Origin: Flavobacteriales bacterium
GTDB taxonomy: Bacteria; Bacteroidota; Bacteroidia; Flavobacteriales_D; Sanyastnellaceae
DNA: 64,000 nucleotides
Direction of reading: 5' to 3'
NCBI GenBank assembly: GCA_947448135.1
Contig: CANFLZ010000002.1
Coordinates: 22,410 to 86,409, forward strand
Part shown: in pieces, positions 1 to 9,181 of the stretch
Layout of the letters: each line of letters begins with the position of its first letter
Position numbering within the stretch: position 1 is the first letter of the stretch
Position numbers and translations under genes: made by a program
Notes under the pieces: model-generated
The model's input: the letters and a program-made list of their open reading frames with translations, nothing else
Database searches by the model: none
Told to the model about the DNA's origin: nothing

Positions 1-1
1 A

Positions 2-1192
2 ACCTTGCTTTGCGCTAATGAGGGTAATGCACAATTGATTTCGCAAAGCGATAAAGCGCAGCAAGTGCAATTGAACACCATCACTACTGCTGTTCCATTT
101 TTAATGATCACACCGGACTCCAGATCTGGTGCTTTGGGTGATGCAGGTGTTGCACTTTCCCCAGATGCCAATAGTGTGCATTGGAATATGTCAAAGTTGT
201 GTTTTTCGGAAAAACCCATGGAGTTTTCTGTTTCTTATTCTCCTTGGCTGAGGGCTTTGGTAAACGACATGTCACTTTCCTATTTGAGTGGCTATAAAAA
301 ATTGGATAAGAATAGAGTCATTGGCGGTTCGTTGCGGTATTTCTCATTGGGCAATATCACTTTTACAGATGAATACGGAACGAGTATTCGCGATTTTACG
401 CCTGCCGAATTTGCATTGGATTTGGGCATCAGCCAGAAATTGAGCAAGAATTTTGGTGTTGGTTTTACTGGTCGGTTTGTGAATTCTAATTTAACGGGAA
501 GCACCAATATTCAAGGTGCTGAGAGCAAGCCTGGTCGCACTGGAGCTGTGGATATTTCGAGTTTTTACACCAACCAAGATTTGCGTATTAAAGGAAAAAA
601 AATTGGCATCAACGCCGGTATCAATATTTCCAATATTGGTGCAAAAATGCGGTACACCAATACGGCTAACCGTGACTTCATTCCAACCAATTTAAAAATT
701 GGAACGGCGATAACCACGCATTTAGATGAGTACAATAAAATCACCTTTGTTTTTGATTTGAATAAACTTTTGGTTCCCACTCCACCCATTTACAAAGGAG
801 ATACTTTGGTTGCTGGATACGACAGAAATGTCGGAGTGGCTACAGGGATGATTCAATCATTTTATGATGCGCCCGGTCAATTGGACAACAACAACAAAGT
901 AATTCCGGGAAGCGTAGGACGCGAAGAATTGCGCGAGATAAACTTTGGAGGAGGGATGGAATATTGGTATGCTGATCAATTTGCTGTTCGTGCTGGATAT
1001 TTCTATGAGGATTTAACCAAAGGAAATCGTCAGTTTATCACCATGGGTGCAGGATTAAAATACCAAGTATTGACGATTGATATGTCCTATTTGGTGAGCA
1101 CCACGCAGCAAAATCCATTGGCCAACACTTTGAGATTCTCACTACGCTTTACAGTTGGAGATAAAGTCAAAGAAGAAGAACCCGCTGAATAA
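2..1192 (+). CDS. porV: T9SS outer-membrane channel protein PorV (LptO), 5'-truncated at window edge
   Basis: The frame of ORF 5..1192 stays open to the window edge. The nominal start is only a TTG and no signal peptide is present, so the 5' end is cut off. The translation carries the PorV/FadL-like N-terminal signature TTAVPFLMITPDSRSGALGDAGVA and a long beta-strand pattern. Family recognised from memory. Confidence 0.8.
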   Translation, partial: TLLCANEGNAQLISQSDKAQQVQLNTITTAVPFLMITPDSRSGALGDAGVALSPDANSVHWNMSKLCFSEKPMEFSVSYSPWLRALVNDMSLSYLSGYKKLDKNRVIGGSLRYFSLGNITFTDEYGTSIRDFTPAEFALDLGISQKLSKNFGVGFTGRFVNSNLTGSTNIQGAESKPGRTGAVDISSFYTNQDLRIKGKKIGINAGINISNIGAKMRYTNTANRDFIPTNLKIGTAITTHLDEYNKITFVFDLNKLLVPTPPIYKGDTLVAGYDRNVGVATGMIQSFYDAPGQLDNNNKVIPGSVGREELREINFGGGMEYWYADQFAVRAGYFYEDLTKGNRQFITMGAGLKYQVLTIDMSYLVSTTQQNPLANTLRFSLRFTVGDKVKEEEPAE

Positions 1193-1668
1193 TGGATATT
1201 AGAGTAGGATATGGATACGACATTCACCAATTGGTGGAAGGGCGTGAGTTGTGGTTAGGTGGTGTTCAATTTGAACATGAAAAAGGAGCGTTGGGACATT
1301 CAGACGCTGATGTTCTTTTGCATGCAATATGTGATGCCATATTAGGGGCTGCAGGTCTTCGGGATATTGGGTTTCAGTTTCCTGATACCGATCCTCAATA
1401 CAAAGGCATCGATTCTAAAAAATTACTTCAATCCACTATGGAGAAGATAGCGTCGTTGGGATGGAGAGTCAATAATTTGGACGCAACAATCAATTTAGAA
1501 CGTCCCAAAATTTTAAAGCGCGTAGAGGAAATAAAAACAGTCATTGGATCAATTTGTAATATCCCCAATGACTGCGTTAGTATAAAAGCCACCACTAGTG
1601 AAAAACTAGGGTTCGTTGGATCAGAGCACGGTGTAGAAGCTTCTGCAGTGGTTTTGCTTATGCGTTAA
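1192..1668 (+). CDS. ispF: 2-C-methyl-D-erythritol 2,4-cyclodiphosphate synthase
   Basis: 158 aa with the IspF motifs DIHQL, GHSDADVLLHA and KATTSEKLGF. The ATG shares one base with the porV stop (TAATG). Confidence 0.95.
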   Translation: MDIRVGYGYDIHQLVEGRELWLGGVQFEHEKGALGHSDADVLLHAICDAILGAAGLRDIGFQFPDTDPQYKGIDSKKLLQSTMEKIASLGWRVNNLDATINLERPKILKRVEEIKTVIGSICNIPNDCVSIKATTSEKLGFVGSEHGVEASAVVLLMR

Positions 1669-2419
1669 TATTCTGGGAAAAAGTTTCGTCCATGTGTGAG
1701 TGTTGCTCATCATCATAGAAGTAAATCTTGATCAAAGCTGTATCGCGCAAGAAATCAATCTTGCCAATTTCAACACGATTGATTTTGATACCTGTCCTTG
1801 ATTCCAAATCCAGTTTTAATTCATCATGTCGCGCTGTTTGGATCAAATGGATATTGTCATATAGAATAATTTTTTGCGATTCGTGGCGCAGCAACCAAAC
1901 TTTTTCCAATCCGTAAGTCAAACCAATGATAGCTAGGTTTGCAAATACCAATTCGACCAAAGATATTTTCTTATTGATTAGAGCATTCATCACAGACATA
2001 CCGATAATGATGAATAAATAAGTCATTTCCTTGATTGGAATTGCATCTGTACGATATCGAATGATTCCGAAAACAGCAAACAAACCCAAAGCAAATCCCA
2101 TCTCCAACTTTACACTTTCCAACATAAAACACATCAAGAAAATGGATATGCTGAACAACATGTAGGTGAACAAAAAATCCTTTCTCTTTGCAATTGGATA
2201 ATAAATGAAACGCACCAGCAACATGACAAAAAGCATGTGAACGCCTAAACGCAAAATCATTTCCAAAAGATCTTCCCAATTTGCCAATTTCATTGCACCT
2301 AGGGGTTTAAATTTTTCTTGCACTTCCGCAGCCGGAATATCAGCTGGAATTGGCATCGCCTGCAAAATCGGCTTTAAGAAAGAAGATAAAAACTCAATCA
2401 TTGTATTTAAAATTACCAT
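1658..2419 (-). CDS. DUF4956-like membrane protein (partner of VTC-domain protein)
   Basis: 253 aa. The N-terminal half has 4-5 hydrophobic helices and the C-terminal domain is soluble. It overlaps the stop of the upstream VTC gene. Recognised from memory as the DUF4956 partner of bacterial VTC proteins. An alternative ATG lies at 2401. Confidence 0.7.
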   Translation of the reverse strand: MVILNTMIEFLSSFLKPILQAMPIPADIPAAEVQEKFKPLGAMKLANWEDLLEMILRLGVHMLFVMLLVRFIYYPIAKRKDFLFTYMLFSISIFLMCFMLESVKLEMGFALGLFAVFGIIRYRTDAIPIKEMTYLFIIIGMSVMNALINKKISLVELVFANLAIIGLTYGLEKVWLLRHESQKIILYDNIHLIQTARHDELKLDLESRTGIKINRVEIGKIDFLRDTALIKIYFYDDEQHSHMDETFSQNINA

Positions 2420-3167
2420 GGGTTATTGATTTAATTCGACGTATTTTTTCTTTAAACATATTGGCCTTCTGATCTGTCATCAAGGCAACTCCTAAACAAT
2501 ATTTGCTCATGCTTTCAGGACGTATCAAACGCTCCTTTAAAGCGTTCAAAAAAACAGAATGACGATTTTGCCTTTCTTGCTTGGCCTCAACAATTACCAA
2601 ATCCGGGATGCGCAAGGTGCGTGAACCCATTTCAAAAGCCAAATCCAAATCAATCGTGATTCTTTCTGGGAGCGATTGATCCACCAAAGTAATGCGCTCA
2701 AAAGAGTTCATCAATTTCGGTTCAAGGATTTCCTCAAAATGAGAAGTGTCGTGGATATAATCCAAATTTTCTGCACTCAACTCTTGGGACAGCTCAGTTA
2801 ATTTGGTTCGATTTTTTTCAGTCCGATCCTTGTTGCTTTTAAACTTCACCTCCAGGAATGTAAGGCTACTTTCGACATACAACCGCTTTCGAATCTTCAA
2901 ACGATTTTTTTTACCGCTATGGTGTCTTCTATAAAAATAAAAATCAGGTGTGTCGTAATACTGAGATCGATAATGGTTGTTTCTTACACCTTTGATATCA
3001 AGAATTCGGTAATGATTTTTTACAGACTCCAGAACATCCATTAACTGAGTTTTGGATAAAATATATTTGGTATCTGTTCGATTCATCAACGCAACACCAT
3101 CCATTTCCTTGAGAGAAATGGACTGAAAGGACTGCAATATTTCTTGAATCGTCTCCAAAATAATCAA
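2394..3167 (-). CDS. VTC-domain (polyphosphate polymerase-like, CYTH-type tunnel) protein
   Basis: 257 aa, soluble and basic. The alternating charged beta-strands TDTKY, LKIRKR, FLEVKFK and VIVEAKQ fit a triphosphate-tunnel fold. Family call from memory. Confidence 0.7.
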   Translation of the reverse strand: MIILETIQEILQSFQSISLKEMDGVALMNRTDTKYILSKTQLMDVLESVKNHYRILDIKGVRNNHYRSQYYDTPDFYFYRRHHSGKKNRLKIRKRLYVESSLTFLEVKFKSNKDRTEKNRTKLTELSQELSAENLDYIHDTSHFEEILEPKLMNSFERITLVDQSLPERITIDLDLAFEMGSRTLRIPDLVIVEAKQERQNRHSVFLNALKERLIRPESMSKYCLGVALMTDQKANMFKEKIRRIKSITHGNFKYND

Positions 3168-3231
3168 TAGGGTGTTCTTGTTTGCTAATTAACGCTTTAT
3201 TTTGCCTTAACACAATAATGACGTCAAATTA

Positions 3232-3729
3232 ATGCCTACAGAGAACAAGACTATTCAAATTCATTACGAGTTGCATGATAATTTAGAAACATTGCCGAAA
3301 GCATTTCAGTCATTAATTCTATCCGCTCGAGATATTGCTCTTCAGGCTTATGCGCCTTATAGTTTGTTTAACGTTGGTGCCGCCATTTTATTGGAGAATG
3401 GTTCGGTTGTAACCGGTAATAACCAAGAAAATATGGCCTTTCCCAGTGGTTTGTGTGCTGAGCGCGTGGCTGCATTTTATGCAGGCGCGCAGTATCCCGA
3501 TCAAAAATTCAAAGCGATAGCCATTAGTGTCAAAGCCGAAAAATTTGAAGTCGATCAGCCTTTGGCTCCTTGTGGTAGTTGTCGCCAATCATTATTGGAG
3601 TATGAGCTCAAGCAAAACGAACTCATCGACATCTTTTTATCGGGGCAAACAGGGCCTGTGATTCACATAAAAGGAGTCCAATCTCTTTTGCCATTGCACT
3701 TCATCGAAAATCGACTAAAAAAATCTTGA
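3232..3729 (+). CDS. cdd: cytidine deaminase
   Basis: 165 aa with the zinc-ligand motifs CAERVA (C/H-A-E) and PCGSCRQ (PCxxC). Confidence 0.85.
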   Translation: MPTENKTIQIHYELHDNLETLPKAFQSLILSARDIALQAYAPYSLFNVGAAILLENGSVVTGNNQENMAFPSGLCAERVAAFYAGAQYPDQKFKAIAISVKAEKFEVDQPLAPCGSCRQSLLEYELKQNELIDIFLSGQTGPVIHIKGVQSLLPLHFIENRLKKS

Positions 3730-3804
3730 CATCAATCAGATTTTTCATGCATCGTTTGACAAAACAGTGACAATTAAAAAAACGCATGGAGCGACATTTG
3801 TGTC

Positions 3805-5031
3805 GTGAAGGAATTACAAGTCATAAGCATGAGCCACCATCAGTTTCCATTGGAAACGATTGGGCAATTTCATATTGAAGACCACGCATTAGAGCAAAAA
3901 CTTCAGCAAATGAAAACAGTTTCGGGCTGTGAAGAATTGATGTTTGTGAGCACCTGTAATCGCGTTGAATGGATTTTTACTTTAGATCATTACGTTTGCA
4001 CAGGTCTTACCCAGCAGATTCTAGACATCTTTAATCAATCTCCTGTGACAGATACCCAATTGATTGCCCAAAATTGTCTTCGTCTGAAAGGGGAAGAAGC
4101 CGTCCACCACGCTTTGCGCACTGCCGCGAGCTTAAACTCGGCGGTCATAGGTGAGCACGAGATATTGGGTCAAATGAGAGCGGCTTACGATTACAGCGTA
4201 CAAAAAGGTTTGGCGGGAGAAACGCTTCGCTTGTTGATGAAACAATGCATCAAGACTTCGAAACAAGTATTTACAGAAACAGATCTCAGGAGAAAACCAG
4301 TATCCATTGTATCGATTGCCTGGAATGCTTTTCTAGAACAAAACATAGACAACAACAGCACAATAGGACTGGTAGGAGCGGGACAAATTATTGGCACATT
4401 TGCCAAATTCTTAGAAGACGGCGGTTTCAAAAACATCCATGTTTTCAATCGTTCAGAAAGCAGTGCAAAAGCCATTTCGAGCCGATTTGAAAATGGTCAT
4501 ACCCATAGCATGGAAGAGTTTGCCCAACAACAACTCCATCCAAACGCGTGGATTATTTGTACGGGATCAACGGAATACTTGATGGATGAGTCGATGATTC
4601 AATCGTTGTCTTCCAAAACAAAATTCATTATCGACCTAGCGCTTCCTGGAAATGTTCATCCCGCTATAAAAAACAGAACAGACATCGGTTTTTTTGACAT
4701 GAACAGCATTCAAAAAATCACTTCTGAAAATATCGCCTTCCGCGAGCAAGCCTTGACGCAATGCAATCCTATCGTCGAAGCCGGACTTTCAGAACATCAC
4801 CACCTTCTCCAAGAAAGAAAAATTGAGTTGGCGATGCAAAACATTCCCACCACCATCAAAGAAATTAGAGACACCGCTGTAGGAAGTGTATTTCAAAAAG
4901 AATTTTCCGAATTGGACGAAAATGCCAAAGCGACGCTGGATAGAATTTTGGATTACATGGAGAAAAAATATATTTCGGTTCCCATGAAGATGGCCAAGGC
5001 TGTTCTTTTGGAACATCACCAAAAAAACTAA
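3805..5031 (+). CDS. hemA: glutamyl-tRNA reductase
   Basis: 408 aa. The N-terminus LQVISMSHHQFPLETIG aligns with the HemA start (ALGINHKTAPVSLRE type). The catalytic Cys region STCNRVE and the Rossmann motif GLVGAGQIIG are present, and hemC follows directly. The start is GTG, with an in-frame ATG at 3829 as the alternative. Confidence 0.9.
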   Translation: MKELQVISMSHHQFPLETIGQFHIEDHALEQKLQQMKTVSGCEELMFVSTCNRVEWIFTLDHYVCTGLTQQILDIFNQSPVTDTQLIAQNCLRLKGEEAVHHALRTAASLNSAVIGEHEILGQMRAAYDYSVQKGLAGETLRLLMKQCIKTSKQVFTETDLRRKPVSIVSIAWNAFLEQNIDNNSTIGLVGAGQIIGTFAKFLEDGGFKNIHVFNRSESSAKAISSRFENGHTHSMEEFAQQQLHPNAWIICTGSTEYLMDESMIQSLSSKTKFIIDLALPGNVHPAIKNRTDIGFFDMNSIQKITSENIAFREQALTQCNPIVEAGLSEHHHLLQERKIELAMQNIPTTIKEIRDTAVGSVFQKEFSELDENAKATLDRILDYMEKKYISVPMKMAKAVLLEHHQKN

Positions 5032-5032
5032 T

Positions 5033-5953
5033 ATGCAAGGACCTGTCATTATCGGAACTCGCGGGAGCGAACTTGCACTCTGGCAAGCACACCACACACA
5101 AGATGTACTCCATGCGTTGGGCATAGAATCAAGATTAGAGATTATTTCTACAAGGGGAGATCAAATTCAAAATCTGAGTTTTGATAAAATAGAAGGGAAA
5201 GGATTTTTTACCAAGGAGATCGAACAAGCTTTGATGGACCAGCAAATTGATATTGCTGTTCATTCTCACAAAGATTTGGAAACAGCACCGCATCCCGAGC
5301 TTATGATTGCAGCGGTAAGCCATCGAGCTGACCCTAGGGATATTTTGATCACGAACAATACTTTCATTGACCCGAATCAACCTTTGCAATTGAATTCCAA
5401 CTTGAGAATTGGAACCTCTTCCATTCGACGTAAAACACAAATGCAAAACGTTCGCCCTGACGCAACTTTTGTTGACATTAGAGGCAACGTTCCCACTCGC
5501 ATTCAAAAACTACGAGATGGGCAATGTGACGCATTGCTTTTGGCCGCTGCTGGGGTTACCCGATTGGGCATTGACTTATCAGAATTTCATACCCAATTGC
5601 TCGACCCACACTCCTTCGTTCCAGCTCCGGCACAAGGCGTATTGGGTTGGCAATGCCGTCGCGGGGACACACGCGTATTGGAAATTTTGGAGAAAATACA
5701 TCACAACGATATTGCCCAGCAAATACACATCGAAAGAACCTTGCTTCAAAAAATGGAAGGCGGATGTCAATTACCATTGGGGGTTTATTGCACGAAAAAA
5801 GACAACCTTTTTGATGTTCACGTAGCCTTTAGCATGGGATTGGAATTTCCGCTTTTGCAATTTCACCACCAAGGTGAAAATGCAGAAAATTGCATCGAAA
5901 CTTGTTTAACGAAACTATTTCAATGGCGCGAATTTTCATCAGCCGAGAAATAA
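5033..5953 (+). CDS. hemC: hydroxymethylbilane synthase (porphobilinogen deaminase)
   Basis: 306 aa with the IIGTRGSELALWQA N-terminus and the cofactor Cys region MEGGCQLPLG. The gene begins right after the hemA stop. Confidence 0.95.
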   Translation: MQGPVIIGTRGSELALWQAHHTQDVLHALGIESRLEIISTRGDQIQNLSFDKIEGKGFFTKEIEQALMDQQIDIAVHSHKDLETAPHPELMIAAVSHRADPRDILITNNTFIDPNQPLQLNSNLRIGTSSIRRKTQMQNVRPDATFVDIRGNVPTRIQKLRDGQCDALLLAAAGVTRLGIDLSEFHTQLLDPHSFVPAPAQGVLGWQCRRGDTRVLEILEKIHHNDIAQQIHIERTLLQKMEGGCQLPLGVYCTKKDNLFDVHVAFSMGLEFPLLQFHHQGENAENCIETCLTKLFQWREFSSAEK

Positions 5954-6585
5954 GTTCGAATTCAGCTTGGGTAGAATGGGCTCGTGCAAAGGGGCATCAT
6001 CTCCATGGAATTTCTTGTATTCAAACACAACCCATTTCATTTCAAAAGTCTGAAAAATCAGATTGGATTTTCTTCTCTTCGAGTGAAGGAGCTAAGTACT
6101 ATTTTTCGCAATGCGATCACGAACAAGAGAAGATTGCCGCAATGGGGCCCGGCACAGCGGAGACATTAAACCGTCTGGGAATAACCGCCAATTGGGTGGG
6201 CTCACACACTGACCCTGTTCAAGTTGCTTTGGCCTTCAGCAATCAATTGAGCGAAGGCGAGACTGTTTTGTTTCCACAATCCGCGCAAACCAAAAACAGC
6301 ATCGCTCCAATACTGTCCGGCCATGCAACACGCCATCTCATCGTTTATAACACCATTCCAAAAACAATCGGTAAGCAAGACGCCGACGTTTGGATATTCT
6401 CCTCCCCCTCCAACATCAACGCCTATCAGCAGCAGCACGACCTCGATGTAAGCCATCGCTACATAGCATTTGGTCCAACTACTGCGCAAGCCATGGAACA
6501 ATTGGGACTAAAAAACGTCTTCGTTCTGAAGCAGGTTAATGATGACACTATCATTGAGGCAATAAAAGAATCTCTTTTGGGTTAA
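5923..6585 (+). CDS. hemD: uroporphyrinogen-III synthase
   Basis: I take the start at ATG 5923, because the track start 5890 is TTG. The product is about 220 aa and the gene overlaps the hemC 3' end by 31 nt. The call rests on size, the hemA-hemC-hemD gene order and general HemD-like sequence, since this family is weakly conserved. Confidence 0.75.
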   Translation: MARIFISREISSNSAWVEWARAKGHHLHGISCIQTQPISFQKSEKSDWIFFSSSEGAKYYFSQCDHEQEKIAAMGPGTAETLNRLGITANWVGSHTDPVQVALAFSNQLSEGETVLFPQSAQTKNSIAPILSGHATRHLIVYNTIPKTIGKQDADVWIFSSPSNINAYQQQHDLDVSHRYIAFGPTTAQAMEQLGLKNVFVLKQVNDDTIIEAIKESLLG

Positions 6586-6608
6586 GGGAGTAGATTGTAA
6601 ATTGCGGC

Positions 6609-7736
6609 ATGAAAAAATTTCTGCTCCTTTGGGCACTTTTCACAGTGAACTTGATTTTTGGTCAAAGTAGCGTTGCTCCGAAATATGTCAATGAGTTTTT
6701 GAATATTGGTGCGGGAGCAAGGGGCTATGCCATGTCCGGGGCGGTAGTGTCTTCTACGCAAGATGCATACAGTGGATATTGGAATCCAGCGGGATTGGCA
6801 GGAATGCAAACACCTACCAGCATTGGTCTGATGCATGCCGAGTACTTTGCGGGAATTGCCAAATTGGATTTTGCGAGCTTTGCTAAAAAGTTGGATGATC
6901 ATCAAACGTTTGGCGCTTCCATACTGCGATTTGGAGTAGACAATATTCCCAACACCATCGATTTGTACGATCCTTCTGGCAATGTCGACTACAACCGAAT
7001 TTCCTATTTCTCGACTGCTGATTATGGCATCTTATTGAGCTACGCGCACAATGATCTCCCGCAAAAAATCAGAGACAAATTTCCCCATTCCAAAGTACAT
7101 CACCAATGGGGGGCGAATGCCAAAATCATTTACCGCCATATTGGAAATTTTGCTCGAGCTTGGGGATTTGGGATGGACTTCGGTTATCAAGGTCAATACG
7201 AAAAATGGTCTTGGGGAGTTGTAGGAAAAGACATCACGGGAACTTTCAATGCCTGGAGTTATCAACTGGACGCCAAAACGCAAGCGGTTTTTCAAAGCAC
7301 TGGAAACGCTTTACCCAGCAACAACTGGGAGATTGCTTTGCCACGTGTGATTGGTGGTGGAGGAAGAAAATTTGCTTGGAAAAAATATACCCTGCGAACA
7401 GAAATCAATGCTGTTGTTACCACTGATGGAAAGCGCAATACATGGGTCAGCAATTCACGATTTGGCGTTGACCCTTCGTTGGGATTGGAATTGGGTTACC
7501 AAGGATGGTTAATGATCAGAGGTGGCTTGGGTAACGTTCAAAAGAACCAAAGTTGGGATGGAGCATACACCTCATTTCAACCCAACATTGGATTGGGAAT
7601 TCATCTCAAAAGTTTTGACATTGATTATGCACTAACGGATATTGGCAATCAAAGTGACGTGCTGTACACCAATATGTTTTCGCTAACCTATAACGGGCTT
7701 CTTCCCAAACGCCAAACGAAGCAGAGCGCCCAATAG
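6609..7736 (+). CDS. PorV/PorQ-family outer-membrane beta-barrel protein
   Basis: 375 aa with a signal peptide (..NLIFGQ). The N-terminal NIGAGARGYAMSGAVV motif is shared with PorV/PorQ/FadL-like barrels. This is a family-level call only. Confidence 0.6.
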   Translation: MKKFLLLWALFTVNLIFGQSSVAPKYVNEFLNIGAGARGYAMSGAVVSSTQDAYSGYWNPAGLAGMQTPTSIGLMHAEYFAGIAKLDFASFAKKLDDHQTFGASILRFGVDNIPNTIDLYDPSGNVDYNRISYFSTADYGILLSYAHNDLPQKIRDKFPHSKVHHQWGANAKIIYRHIGNFARAWGFGMDFGYQGQYEKWSWGVVGKDITGTFNAWSYQLDAKTQAVFQSTGNALPSNNWEIALPRVIGGGGRKFAWKKYTLRTEINAVVTTDGKRNTWVSNSRFGVDPSLGLELGYQGWLMIRGGLGNVQKNQSWDGAYTSFQPNIGLGIHLKSFDIDYALTDIGNQSDVLYTNMFSLTYNGLLPKRQTKQSAQ

Positions 7737-8723
7737 AATCATCGAAAACAAAAGATGGATGGGTTGTGAAGCAATGGGATAGTTGAAATAGGCCAACATG
7801 ATTCCCACCACAAATTCTCCAACCAAAGGAATAGCGATCCAAAACGCGAGACTTGATTTTTGGCGATTCAATTCCAATACCAACCAACCGGCAGTGAAAA
7901 GGACCAACCAAGAAAAAGTTCTGTGGACATAAAAAACAACATTTTCAGAAGAATTCAAGACATAAGCAATCCAATCTTTCCTTGAAACACCTTGCTTGCC
8001 TACCGCATCAATTACTTCTCTTAGCTGCGTTCCCAGTACAATTTGAATCAAAACCATCCCCAAGGAAATCCACAAAAGCGTTGGGTATTTTACGGTCCAT
8101 CTTTCTGGGAAATTTTCTGCCGCATGCAATATCCAAAGCAAGGAAAGGATAATTCCCATCGTGCCCAACATGTGCAAGGTGACCGTACTTCCAGTCAAGT
8201 GGCCATCAACAACCAATTTCCCAAGCCATGCTTCGTAGATAATCAAAGCCACTGTGATCAGGGTTCCCAAGAAAGGGATCCATCCTTTTTTATCACGTCC
8301 CCATTTCCAAGAGACAATCAACAAGATAAACACCGGCAGACCCAGAACCCCAGTCAGCAATCGATTGATGTATTCTGTCCAAGTATGCCATACATTGAAA
8401 ACCGCATAATCATGCTTGGGATATTTTTTCCATTGGGCCTCGGAACCATGGTTCCAAAAAGTCCCTTTGTCATCTATAACAACCGACTGTTGGGCTACCC
8501 AAAGTGTATCGTGATGGATGACCATTTGTCCTTTTTCGAAAGTCTTACCGGGGGCGACCAACAACACCTCTTCGTTGGTGGGGGGTACCAAATGACCAAA
8601 ACATTTGGGCCAATCGGGACATCCCATTCCGCTTCCTGTTACGCGTACAATACTTCCCGCAATGACCACCAAATACAACGCAATCAATGCCAGACGAGCC
8701 CAGAAAAAGGGTGAGGATTTCAT
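7683..8723 (-). CDS. ctaA: heme A synthase (COX15/CtaA family)
   Basis: 346 aa, polytopic. It has the N-terminal GSGMGCPDWPKCFG motif and His residues within TM helices. Confidence 0.85.
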   Translation of the reverse strand: MKSSPFFWARLALIALYLVVIAGSIVRVTGSGMGCPDWPKCFGHLVPPTNEEVLLVAPGKTFEKGQMVIHHDTLWVAQQSVVIDDKGTFWNHGSEAQWKKYPKHDYAVFNVWHTWTEYINRLLTGVLGLPVFILLIVSWKWGRDKKGWIPFLGTLITVALIIYEAWLGKLVVDGHLTGSTVTLHMLGTMGIILSLLWILHAAENFPERWTVKYPTLLWISLGMVLIQIVLGTQLREVIDAVGKQGVSRKDWIAYVLNSSENVVFYVHRTFSWLVLFTAGWLVLELNRQKSSLAFWIAIPLVGEFVVGIMLAYFNYPIASQPIHLLFSMILLGALLRLAFGKKPVIG

Positions 8724-8728
8724 CTGAA

Positions 8729-9115
8729 TTAATTCGTTGTTGTCGTGATACGTTGGGCAGCGACTACTTTGTATTTTCCGTCAGCAATCTCATTCACCAC
8801 TGACATCATTTTATTCTCGTCCATTTTGGTAGCATCAAAATCTATCGTGACCACATTGACTTTGCGCTCATCGACAAAATCCAATTCGGTTGACTTGACG
8901 CCATCCAAATCTTCCAATTCCTTTTGAATTTTCCCTCCGCATCCGTGAGCACAAGTCATTCCTTCAATGCTCAGCTTGGCAACTGTTTTCGCTTCGCTTC
9001 CCTTTTCTTGAATTTGCTCAACCACAACATTGCTGGGATTGCTTGCAGTATTGGACTCTGAGCAACCGATCATTGCAACTGCAAGAAGCACGGAAAAGAA
9101 TAATTTTTTCATCAT
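8729..9115 (-). CDS. heavy-metal-associated (HMA) domain lipoprotein
   Basis: I moved the start to ATG 9115, giving MMKKLFFSVLLAVAMIGC (a signal peptide with a lipobox). The HMA fold carries the metal motif GMTCAHGC. The stop lies 5 nt upstream of ctaA. Confidence 0.75.
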   Translation of the reverse strand: MMKKLFFSVLLAVAMIGCSESNTASNPSNVVVEQIQEKGSEAKTVAKLSIEGMTCAHGCGGKIQKELEDLDGVKSTELDFVDERKVNVVTIDFDATKMDENKMMSVVNEIADGKYKVVAAQRITTTTN

Positions 9116-9127
9116 TTCAATTTTGAA

Positions 9128-9135
9128 CAAAATTA
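9128..9135 (-). promoter_or_regulatory. candidate Bacteroidota -7 box (TAATTTTG) for the HMA-ctaA operon
   Basis: The minus strand reads TAATTTTG, which matches TAnnTTTG, 12 nt upstream of ATG 9115. No clear -33 TTTG was found. Confidence 0.3.
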
Positions 9136-9159
9136 AGTCTTCCACGGTCAAACGCCACG

Positions 9160-9167
9160 TACATTTG
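9160..9167 (+). promoter_or_regulatory. candidate Bacteroidota -7 box (TACATTTG) for the DMT transporter gene
   Basis: TACATTTG matches TAnnTTTG 14 nt upstream of GTG 9182. Confidence 0.3.
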
Positions 9168-9181
9168 GCAAAAATCATGTT

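Noticed and set aside
3829-3831. An alternative ATG start for hemA.
   Set aside because: The residues upstream of it (LQVISMSHH) align with the conserved first beta-strand of HemA, so the GTG at 3805 is the better start.
8043-8714. A 223-aa ORF antisense to ctaA. Similar long shadow ORFs occur at 25025..25543 (antisense to ribF), 37066..37755 (antisense to cysS), 5409..5825 and 46283..46690.
   Set aside because: Each lies entirely within a strongly supported gene on the other strand or in another frame. Their compositions are odd (Q/H/R/P- or S/I-rich) and they carry no recognisable motifs.
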